From: an uncultured bacterium
GTDB taxonomy: Bacteria > Patescibacteriota > Gracilibacteria > UBA1369 > PNNO01
DNA length: 32,000 nucleotides
Assembly: GCA_963704705.1 (NCBI GenBank)
Contig: OY969931.1
Coordinates: forward strand, 210,001 to 242,000
Direction of reading: 5' to 3'
Position numbers and translations under genes: made by a program. Of the stretch, positions 19,638 to 28,431 are shown piece after piece (positions within the stretch are counted from its first letter, which is position 1; each line of letters starts with the position of its first letter). The notes below the pieces were generated by a model that worked only from the letters and a program-made list of their open reading frames with translations, had not been told where the DNA came from and did not search any database.

Positions 19638-19686
19638 TCACTCGGTAATCTGCAATCACCGAGTGATCCGCAATCACCCAGTGATT
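19638..19686. promoter_or_regulatory. Structured pduO/folE intergenic element: 10-bp inverted repeat plus 18-nt tandem duplication
   Basis: ATCACTCGGT (19638-19647) pairs with ACCGAGTGAT (19659-19668). CTGCAATCACCGAGTGAT (19651-19668) is repeated as CCGCAATCACCCAGTGAT (19669-19686), 16/18 identical. Confidence 0.6.
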
Positions 19687-19701
19687 TAAACCTACTTTAC
19701 T

Positions 19702-20256
19702 ATGGATAAAGATAAAATCAAAGAATTTACACGCGACTTTATTAAATATATTGGTGATGATCCAGACCGCGAAGGTCTTAAAGATACACCTGACCGTTTT
19801 GCTAAGGCATGGGATAAGCTTTATTCGGGTTATAAACTTAAGCCCGAAGATGTGCTCACTGTTTTTGATGATGAAAAATATGATGAGATGATTGTTGTTA
19901 AGGATATCGAATTTTATAGTACTTGCGAGCACCATTTGATTCCTTTTTACGGCAAGGTTCATGTTGGATATATCCCGAATGGTAAAATAATTGGTCTATC
20001 AAAAATTCCGCGAATTGTCGAAATTTTTTCGCGTCGTTTACAAAATCAGGAGCGCCTTACTTTTCAGATTGCCGATGCTTTGGATAAAGCTTTGCAGCCA
20101 AAAGGCGTTGGCGTGATTATTGAAGGCAAACATATGTGCATGATGGCGCGCGGCGTTGAAAAGCAAAATACTGTTGTTACAACATCTTCTGTTAAAGGTT
20201 TATTTAAATCTAATGATAAAACCCGTTCAGAATTCTTAAGACATTTAGAACGTTAA
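19702..20256 (+). CDS. folE: GTP cyclohydrolase I
   Basis: FYSTCEHHLIPFYGKVHVGYIPNGKIIGLSKIPRIVEIFSRRLQNQERLTFQIADAL...GVGVIIEGKHMCMMARGVEKQNTVVTTSSVKGLF. Confidence 0.97.
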   Translation: MDKDKIKEFTRDFIKYIGDDPDREGLKDTPDRFAKAWDKLYSGYKLKPEDVLTVFDDEKYDEMIVVKDIEFYSTCEHHLIPFYGKVHVGYIPNGKIIGLSKIPRIVEIFSRRLQNQERLTFQIADALDKALQPKGVGVIIEGKHMCMMARGVEKQNTVVTTSSVKGLFKSNDKTRSEFLRHLER

Positions 20257-20259
20257 TAT

Positions 20260-20856
20260 ATGCTTCCTGCTTCGTTACAAAAACTCATTGATGAACTTGC
20301 AAGACTTCCGGGTATTGGCCCGAAGTCAGCTCAAAGACTTGCTGTTTTTTTGCTTCGATCTCCGCATCAGAGAATACAACCTTTAGGGGAAGCACTTTTA
20401 AATTTAAAAGACGGATTGGCGTTTTGTGAAGAGTGCTGGCATGTAACTGAAGAGTCGCCTTGTAATATTTGTTCTGATCCCGGGCGCGAAACTCACAGAG
20501 TTTGCATTGTTGAAGATGTACTTGATGTAATTGCAATTGAAAGAACAGGAAAATATAAAGGTTTGTACCATGTTCTTCATGGGGTTTTATCTCCGGTTGA
20601 CGGCATTTCAGCTGATCAATTGAAAATTGCAGAGCTTTTTAGCCGCGTTGATAAAAATCCTGAAATAAATGAAATAATTTTAGCGACAAATCCAAGTCTG
20701 GAAGGGGAAGCTACCGCACTTTACATCCAAAAACACTTTGTTGACAACAATATTAAGATAACAAGAATCGCCAGAGGTCTGCCTATCGGATCAGATTTAG
20801 AATACGCTGATTCGGTAACGCTTGGGAAAGCGCTTCTAAATCGAACGGATTATTAG
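20260..20856 (+). CDS. recR: Recombination protein RecR
   Basis: IDELARLPGIGPKSAQRLAVFLL; CEECWHVTEESPCNIC; VVEDVLDVIAIERTGKYKGLYHVLHGVLSPVDGI; TRIARGLPIGSDLEYADSVTLGKAL. Confidence 0.97.
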   Translation: MLPASLQKLIDELARLPGIGPKSAQRLAVFLLRSPHQRIQPLGEALLNLKDGLAFCEECWHVTEESPCNICSDPGRETHRVCIVEDVLDVIAIERTGKYKGLYHVLHGVLSPVDGISADQLKIAELFSRVDKNPEINEIILATNPSLEGEATALYIQKHFVDNNIKITRIARGLPIGSDLEYADSVTLGKALLNRTDY

Positions 20857-21640
20857 AAAGCGCAAAAACAGCAGTGCCTGAGCCGCAAAGCATTACCTGG
20901 TTTGCGCCGTTTTCAAGCAGTTTACTTTTAATTTCTTCAAATCCTGCACCAGCAAAATTTTCAAAATCATTATGAATATTTTCAAAAACATCTTTTGTTG
21001 AATTTGATTCAACGCTTGCGAGCATTTTTTTAGTTTGTCCTGTATTGGCTCCGCACTGTGATAAATCGATCTTGTTATACATTAATTTTGTTGATTTTCG
21101 AAGCTGCGGAATAACAAGTATTTTATATTTTTCAGTCCAGCCGCTTAATAATAAAAGCCGGGGCAAAATTTTGATTTTTTCTCCATAGTTAGTTGCGTAA
21201 GCTGTTTCATTTTCAATGAAATACGGAACATCTTTTCCGATTCCCGCACCGATTTCACGCATTTCATCAAGGCTCAGTTTCATTATTTCCAAAGAATTCA
21301 AAGCCGTAATAATTGCTGCCGCATCACTGCTTCCACCGCCTAAGCCCGCGCCGAGCGGGATTATTTTATCAATAATAATGTCGTAGTCATGCTTAAATTC
21401 CCAGTTTTTATTTAAAGCTTTTATGGCTTCTGCAACTGTATTATTTTGAGGGTCGATCAGCTTGGCTTCGTTACCTCTAAAGCGTACGTTAAATTTACCA
21501 TCACCTTTTTCCTGTGAAATCATTATCTCATCCATAACAGGAATTTGCTGCATGATTGTTTGAATCTGATGATATCCGTTTTCATCTTTTTTAAGAATAT
21601 CCAGAGCCAGATTTACTTTTGCGAATGCGTATTTAATCAT
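20783..21640 (-). CDS. ispE: 4-diphosphocytidyl-2-C-methyl-D-erythritol kinase
   Basis: FAKVNLALDILKKDENGYHQIQTIMQQI; GHMP motif IPLGAGLGGGSSDAAAII; VMLCGSGTAVFAL. Confidence 0.93.
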   Translation of the reverse strand: MIKYAFAKVNLALDILKKDENGYHQIQTIMQQIPVMDEIMISQEKGDGKFNVRFRGNEAKLIDPQNNTVAEAIKALNKNWEFKHDYDIIIDKIIPLGAGLGGGSSDAAAIITALNSLEIMKLSLDEMREIGAGIGKDVPYFIENETAYATNYGEKIKILPRLLLLSGWTEKYKILVIPQLRKSTKLMYNKIDLSQCGANTGQTKKMLASVESNSTKDVFENIHNDFENFAGAGFEEIKSKLLENGANQVMLCGSGTAVFALSNNPFDLEALSQALPNQRILNLIR

Positions 21641-22814
21641 TTTTTTTTAAAGAAACAATACAGTAACATTGTAAGCCTTTTCCTTTGCCAAACGAAGTTA
21701 AATTTTCACCTGAAGTAGATATAATCCCTATTCTCATTTCCGGAATATCACATAAATTCGCAAGGTTGGCTTTAAGTTTTGGTGATATTAAGTCGATTTT
21801 TGGACGTTTGCCTTCTATCATACAGCCGATATTGTTAATCGAGTATCCGCGTTTGTTTACTTTTTTTAGAATTTTATATAGATAATTTCTGCTGTCTTTT
21901 ATTTTTTTAACTTTGCACCATTTATCAGCAAAAGCTCCCAATGATTTTTCGCCAATTGCCTGTAGTAAGCCATTGCACAACGCATGTAGTAAAACATCGC
22001 CATCTGAGTTTCCTTGTAATTTATTCTCATTTTTAAATTCAAGTCCGCCCAAAATTAAATTTCCGGTATCATCGAATTCATGGCTGTCCTGGCCGATTCC
22101 AACAAGATAATCAGAGGGAAGGTCTCCAAGTGCATGACGTACAAATTCATAATCTTCAATGGTAGTAACTTTTATGTTATGTTCGGATGCCGGTACATGA
22201 TAAACATGATGGCCCGCGGTTTCTACCAATTGGGCTTCGTCAGTCATATCAATATAATCTGCGCCAACTTTTGTAAGTGAATCTTTTAAAATTTTATATG
22301 TAAAAATTTGAGGGGTTTGAGCCAGTTTGAATTTTTCACGATCATGGCTTTTATGGATTTTAGTTTGGTTTATTTCTTTTAAAGTTGGTTTAACAGGATG
22401 CGTAACAATGCAAGCACCTTTTGAAGCAGCCTTTTTTATGCATTTTTCGATTTCCTCAAAACTAACAATCGGATTAGCACCGTTATGTATCAAAATCAGA
22501 TCTTTTAATTTAGGTTTTATGTATCTTGAAATATATTGGATTCCGTTTAGCACGCTTTCGGCCCGGGTGCCTCCGCCCGGAACCAATTTTATATTTTTTT
22601 TATTCCCCGGAAAGTATGCTTTTAGCATTTTTTCAACGGGCTTTTTAAGTTTTCGATTAATAACAATAACAATCCGATCTACTTTTGGGTGATCGTAAAA
22701 ATTAACAATCGTATGATATAAAAGCGGTTTATTATGTATTGGCAAAAGTAGTTTAGGGATTTTACCATCCATTCTTTTACTTTCACCTGCTGCTGCAATA
22801 AGTGCGATATTCAT
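21633..22814 (-). CDS. ispDF: Bifunctional IspD/IspF, divergent
   Basis: N-terminal cytidylyltransferase IALIAAAGESKRMDGKIPKLLLPIHNKPLLYHTI...PGGGTRAESVLNG; C-terminal IspF-like YLVGIGQDSHEF...LGGLEFKNENKLQGNSDGDVLLHALCNGLLQAIG...GKGKGL. Confidence 0.85.
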   Translation of the reverse strand: MNIALIAAAGESKRMDGKIPKLLLPIHNKPLLYHTIVNFYDHPKVDRIVIVINRKLKKPVEKMLKAYFPGNKKNIKLVPGGGTRAESVLNGIQYISRYIKPKLKDLILIHNGANPIVSFEEIEKCIKKAASKGACIVTHPVKPTLKEINQTKIHKSHDREKFKLAQTPQIFTYKILKDSLTKVGADYIDMTDEAQLVETAGHHVYHVPASEHNIKVTTIEDYEFVRHALGDLPSDYLVGIGQDSHEFDDTGNLILGGLEFKNENKLQGNSDGDVLLHALCNGLLQAIGEKSLGAFADKWCKVKKIKDSRNYLYKILKKVNKRGYSINNIGCMIEGKRPKIDLISPKLKANLANLCDIPEMRIGIISTSGENLTSFGKGKGLQCYCIVSLKKND

Positions 22815-22834
22815 ATTTGTATTTTAGAAGATTG

Positions 22835-22865
22835 CCTCGCGGAGCGCAAATGCGCTCGCGCGAGG
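22835..22865. repeat. GC-rich hairpin between the small membrane protein gene and ispDF
   Basis: CCTCGCG-GAGCGC-aaat-GCGCTC-g-CGCGAGG: 13-bp stem with one bulged G in an AT-rich genome. Confidence 0.75.
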
Positions 22866-22871
22866 ACTTGA

Positions 22872-23141
22872 TCACCGGCTTTTCTTTTCTTTCTCCTCCG
22901 GGAACACCCATCTTCGAATTATTGGAATTGTTATCAGGATCATGAAGATGACTAACAGTGCCAGGCAGTTACTGACTGTGGCTTGTTTGTCTTTCCACAG
23001 AATGTAAAGTGTCAGACAGTACACGCCGGTGCCAACAAAGAATCTTGGTGGCAGCACCTCGTTACGCAGCATCAGGTATACAAAACCCAATGCTACCAAA
23101 GCTACTCCAATGTACAGAAGTTGATTCGGATTGAAATCCAT
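22872..23141 (-). CDS. Small membrane protein (about 3 TM), unknown function
   Basis: 89 aa, MDFNPNQLLYIGVALVALGFVYLMLRNE...LVIFMILITIPIIRRWVFPEEKEKKSR. Confidence 0.6.
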   Translation of the reverse strand: MDFNPNQLLYIGVALVALGFVYLMLRNEVLPPRFFVGTGVYCLTLYILWKDKQATVSNCLALLVIFMILITIPIIRRWVFPEEKEKKSR

Positions 23142-23255
23142 GTTTTTTGTCCCTCCCGAATGATGTTAAAGAGCTTGAAGCCGCGAAAGTTTGTTTTCAG
23201 CTGCAAAAGAGCGAAGCACAAAACTTGATCAATAATACTACATTTTATTTAAAAG

Positions 23256-23966
23256 TCAACTGCTCTTTTTTCCTATAATAACACCAAATCTTCCGGTTCC
23301 TTCCAAATTAATATCACCTCTATACGAAAAATATTTGTCAGTATTGCAGGCAGTACATAATTCCGCAATATAAATATTTGATTCATCAACACCTTGGTCC
23401 ATACATTGTTTTTTTGTTGCTTTCCAAAAATCCACATGATTTTTATCATCGATAAATTCATGCAACTCTTTCGGCAATTCATTGTATGGGTCACTGAATT
23501 CAGCATGACACGGCCCTAAAGAAGGCGAAACATCAACTTTAATATTTGCGGCATTGCATCCAAAATCATCAATCATTTTTCTAATTACTTTTCCAACAAT
23601 ATTCTGCGCTGACCCTTTCCATCCATTGTGTACATTGGCAATAACTCCGCGCTTCTCATCCCAAATCATAACAGCCTGGCAATCCGCGACCTGAATCATT
23701 AAAAACCTACCGGCTAAATCAGTAATCATTGCATCATATCCATCGATTTCTCCATGCACACTTTCATCAACTTTTAATATCCGGTCACCGTGAATCTGAT
23801 TTAGGCTGATTAGCTGCCCCATATCAATTCCAAGTTCAGCACAAATTCGCTGCCTGTTCTCCAGAACATCATCTTCATTATCTCCAATCCCAAACCTAAC
23901 ATTTAAAGAGTCAAAAGGTTCGTGGCTAATGCCTCCGTTGCGTGTAAAAGTTTTTTTAATAATCAT
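23256..23966 (-). CDS. pgeF: Peptidoglycan editing factor PgeF / multicopper polyphenol oxidase (laccase domain) family
   Basis: NQIHGDRI; MIQVADCQAVMIWDEKRGVIANVHNGWKGSAQNIV; SPSLGPCHAEF. Conserved His/Cys/His residues present. Confidence 0.93.
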   Translation of the reverse strand: MIIKKTFTRNGGISHEPFDSLNVRFGIGDNEDDVLENRQRICAELGIDMGQLISLNQIHGDRILKVDESVHGEIDGYDAMITDLAGRFLMIQVADCQAVMIWDEKRGVIANVHNGWKGSAQNIVGKVIRKMIDDFGCNAANIKVDVSPSLGPCHAEFSDPYNELPKELHEFIDDKNHVDFWKATKKQCMDQGVDESNIYIAELCTACNTDKYFSYRGDINLEGTGRFGVIIGKKSS

Positions 23967-24840
23967 TATTGAAGAATCTGACGAATAGTAAACGGGAGTT
24001 CCAAAGCCAAATCAGTTGCGCTAAAACAAAAATCTTTTTGTTTATATAAAAAGTCACCTGTGTAACCTATTAAAAATGCAGCGATTTTGCATGCATCAAA
24101 CGGTGTGGCTCCCTGCGCAATTAAAGAAGTAATTACCCCAGCCAAAACATCGCCGCTTCCGCCAACAGTTAAACCTGCGTTTCCTGTTTTATTTAAGGCC
24201 ACATCACCCTGAGGAGAAGCAATTACATCAGTAGGACTTTTTAATAAAACATTAATCTGCATTTCGGTTGCAATGGTTCTGACAAATTTAATTATATCGT
24301 CCTGCTCTTTGCTATCTTTAATATCGCGCATAGTTAAGTTTTCGAATTCATTTTTATGAGGGCAAACAACAATTGGCTGACTTAACGGTACTTCTTTTAC
24401 TAATTTTAAAACTTCTATTGCAGTTGAGTCCAGAACAGTTGGTACTTCCAAGGCTTCAATTAATTCCAAAATTGCACGAACAGTAACTTCACGATCATAC
24501 ATGCCAGGCCCAATTAAAACACTGTCGCATTTTTTAGACATTTGTAAAATTTCAGCAACACCCTGATGAGTTAAGTATTGGCCTGGAAATTTTTTAACAA
24601 TAAAATCCGGATACAAACTTCGGCTTACATCAAAATTACTTTCAGGAACAAATACATAAACCAAGTCGCTGCCACTATATAATGAACCTAAAGCACTTAA
24701 TAAAGGCGCACCATAATATTCTATGCTCCCTCCAACAATTAAAACTTTTCCATTCTGACCTTTATGTGAGGATGGAGTACGGCCCGGAAAAATTTTTTTA
24801 ATATATTGTTTTCGTAGTGTTGATAATGATCCTGGACCCA

Positions 24841-24841
<1 letters not shown>
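23966..24841 (-). CDS. nnrD: ADP-dependent NAD(P)H-hydrate dehydratase
   Basis: HKGQNGKVLIVGGSIEYYGAPLLSALGSLYSGSDLVYVFVP; IGPGM; VVCPHKNEFENL; NKTGNAGLTVGGSGDVLAGVITSLIAQG. No N-terminal epimerase domain. Confidence 0.93.
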
Positions 24842-26130
<1,289 letters not shown>

Positions 26131-26181
26131 TTATTAATAACCGGCCATAACTTAGCGAAATTTGAGTAAAACTTCAAGCTT

Positions 26182-26210
26182 TTGCGTTTTTTATAAAATT
26201 AAAGTACAAT
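26182..26210 (+). promoter_or_regulatory. Candidate sigma70-type promoter for the MBL-fold gene
   Basis: TTGCGT - 17 nt - TACAAT, 33 nt upstream of the ATG at 26244. Confidence 0.55.
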
Positions 26211-26243
26211 TTGCCTGCGTTTTTTAAGCTTAACCAAAATAAA

Positions 26244-26870
26244 ATGGAAATTAAATGGCACGGAGAAAGTACTTTTACGATAAAAGGCAAATCAACAACA
26301 ATAGTTATTAATCCGGTTGAAGGAGGCAAGCACAGTTTAAAAGAAGTTAAAGCTGACACAATACTTCTTACAGATGATTATCATGAAAAAGCAAAGTTAG
26401 TTAAAGGATGTGAAAAAGCTGAAATTATAAATTGGCCAGGCGAATATGAAGTTCAGGGAGCAGCAATTATTTCTATTCCAACATTTACAAATGAGCAAGA
26501 AGAAGGAGATTCTGATAAAGGAAGAATTGTAATTTTTAGTTTATTGGTAGATGACATTAGAATTTGTCATTTGGGTGAAATTGGCCAGGAACTCGATGAA
26601 GATATTTTGGAAAAAATCGGAGATATAGATGTTTTGATTGTACCTGTTGCATGTAAAAGAGCTCTTGATAATAAAAAAATCCATAATGCTATTGAAGATA
26701 TCGATCCTAGAGTTATCATTCCAATGTATTATGACAACACTGAAGAGCTTGAGAAATTTTTAAAAGAAATTGGCACAACAGATTATGAAGAAGTTGATGT
26801 TTTTGAAGTAAAGGCAAAAAGCTCATTACCTGAAGAGCGCACAGATGTTGTTGTTTTAAAAGCTGTTTAA
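26244..26870 (+). CDS. MBL-fold (UlaG-like) protein with degenerate metal-binding motifs
   Basis: MEIKWHGESTFTIKGKSTTIVINP...ADTILLTDDYHEKAKLVKG...INWPGEYEVQGAAIISIPTF...DDIRICHLGEIGQ...DVLIVPVACKRALDNKKIHN...RVIIPMYY. Layout matches the MBL-fold family common in Patescibacteria. Start trimmed from 26211 to 26244. Confidence 0.75.
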   Translation: MEIKWHGESTFTIKGKSTTIVINPVEGGKHSLKEVKADTILLTDDYHEKAKLVKGCEKAEIINWPGEYEVQGAAIISIPTFTNEQEEGDSDKGRIVIFSLLVDDIRICHLGEIGQELDEDILEKIGDIDVLIVPVACKRALDNKKIHNAIEDIDPRVIIPMYYDNTEELEKFLKEIGTTDYEEVDVFEVKAKSSLPEERTDVVVLKAV

Positions 26871-26880
26871 ACCTTAATGA

Positions 26881-26955
26881 GTTCCCATAGTTCAATGGAT
26901 AGAACGAGGGCCTCCTAAGCTCTAAATGCAGGTTCGATTCCTGCTGGGGACACCA
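26881..26955 (+). tRNA. tRNA-Arg (anticodon CCT)
   Basis: GTTCCCATAGTTCAATGGATAGAACGAGGGCCTCCTAAGCTCTAAATGCAGGTTCGATTCCTGCTGGGGACACCA; cloverleaf with anticodon loop CTCCTAA and encoded CCA. Confidence 0.95.
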
Positions 26956-26991
26956 CAGAGCAGTTGTTATTTTCTGCAAACACATAATTTG

Positions 26992-27021
26992 TTGACAAAA
27001 TTGAAATAAAAGTGATAGATT
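26992..27021 (+). promoter_or_regulatory. Candidate promoter for the 27055 gene
   Basis: TTGACA (26992-26997), then ATAGAT at 17 nt or TAGATT at 18 nt spacing, 34-40 nt upstream of the ATG at 27055. Confidence 0.5.
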
Positions 27022-27054
27022 AAATTACCTTTCTTATTTTTTAATTTTAAAATT

Positions 27055-28359
27055 ATGGAAAAAGATACTTCTACAACCGAAGCTAGTTTAAATGATAGTG
27101 AATTGGCCCCTATTAGTGATCGTGTTGAAAATAGAGTTGTTCGTGATTGGCCTACTATGGTATCAGGAGCAATAATAAGATGGCGTGTTGAAAAAAATAT
27201 GTCGTATCTTCAAGACCCAAAATCTGCTGAATTACCTCCTGATGATTGGTTTTATGAAGATGATTCACCTGAGTTTAAAGATGAAGTAAGAAGAGGAGTA
27301 GTTAGAAGTATGGAAAAGGCAAAACCCTGCCTTGTTCAAATTCTCGATAAGACTGTAAGAGATATACATACAGGTGTAAAAGAATCACCTACTGTTCAGT
27401 CAGTTCAGGAAAAGCTTGGAAAAGATTCTTTTAGATTGGCCAGGCAGCTTACAAGGTATGTTGAACTTTTAAAAGGAAGACTGCCTGATAGAGTTACACC
27501 TGAACTTCTTGAAAAAATTGCAGATACTGCAAAAGGTGCTGCACATGTATTAAATACCTGGATGACTGATGAACGTGAAGTTGCAACAATAGAAAATGCA
27601 ATAAGAGAATTCGCTGATAAAGGGGTTGTAGATAAAGAAACATGGGTTTCGATTAAAGATTTAACCGGTGAGGAATTTGTCACTGAATTATTTAAAAAAC
27701 TAGGTGTTCATATTGGTGTTCAGCCACTTAATGCTCAAGAATTAGATATGATTTATCATCAGGATATGAAGGAAGTTGTAAAATCTATTTTAGCAAAAAT
27801 AGGTATTAATATTGGAGATTCTCAAACTCAGGATGTAAAGAATCAGCAAGCAGATGTTGAAGATGTTGCAAAATTTATGCTCGGCGTATCAGGTGGTGAT
27901 GTATTAGGTAAAGATGAGTTGAATAAACCATCAACGTTAAAAAATACAACACAACGCAGAAGAACTCTTGGGACACTACAGCCACTGGTATATATTACAG
28001 CAGACAAAGGATTGTTTCCTGGCAAATCAAGCGAAGATCAGCTTGAATTAATGTCTCAGCTACAGGATGCAACCAAAGGACAGTACTTTGGCACTTTGGG
28101 AGCTTTTATTGCACTCAATTTAGCTCAAAGATCAGCTACTTTAAGACCAGTTGAGGTAGCAGAAAAAATTGGTGCGACCCCAATAAGACTTATATGTCAG
28201 GACAATATGGCAGGAGGACAAACATTTGTTGATATAAGTTATGACAGAAATAAAGGCCATGAAAATAGAACGCTAAAAAGATCAAAGGATAAAAAACTTG
28301 GAGCAGATCAAGGTGTTGGTATTGCCTGGGGAGAAGAATTTTTAATTGATGAAAAGTAG
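27055..28359 (+). CDS. Hypothetical protein (434 aa), no family recognised
   Basis: Complete soluble, charged ORF (MEKDTSTTEASLNDSELAPISDRVENRVVRDWPTMVSGAII...), preceded by a candidate promoter. Confidence 0.85.
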   Translation: MEKDTSTTEASLNDSELAPISDRVENRVVRDWPTMVSGAIIRWRVEKNMSYLQDPKSAELPPDDWFYEDDSPEFKDEVRRGVVRSMEKAKPCLVQILDKTVRDIHTGVKESPTVQSVQEKLGKDSFRLARQLTRYVELLKGRLPDRVTPELLEKIADTAKGAAHVLNTWMTDEREVATIENAIREFADKGVVDKETWVSIKDLTGEEFVTELFKKLGVHIGVQPLNAQELDMIYHQDMKEVVKSILAKIGINIGDSQTQDVKNQQADVEDVAKFMLGVSGGDVLGKDELNKPSTLKNTTQRRRTLGTLQPLVYITADKGLFPGKSSEDQLELMSQLQDATKGQYFGTLGAFIALNLAQRSATLRPVEVAEKIGATPIRLICQDNMAGGQTFVDISYDRNKGHENRTLKRSKDKKLGADQGVGIAWGEEFLIDEK

Positions 28360-28431
28360 TATTATTTGTAATGATTTTGGCTTTCTGCTCTTATAAATTT
28401 TTGAATCTAAATATTATTAATTTTAATTATT

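Noticed and set aside
19630-19962. 110-aa minus-strand ORF overlapping folE
   Set aside because: Antisense to conserved FolE sequence with no recognisable domain; spurious.
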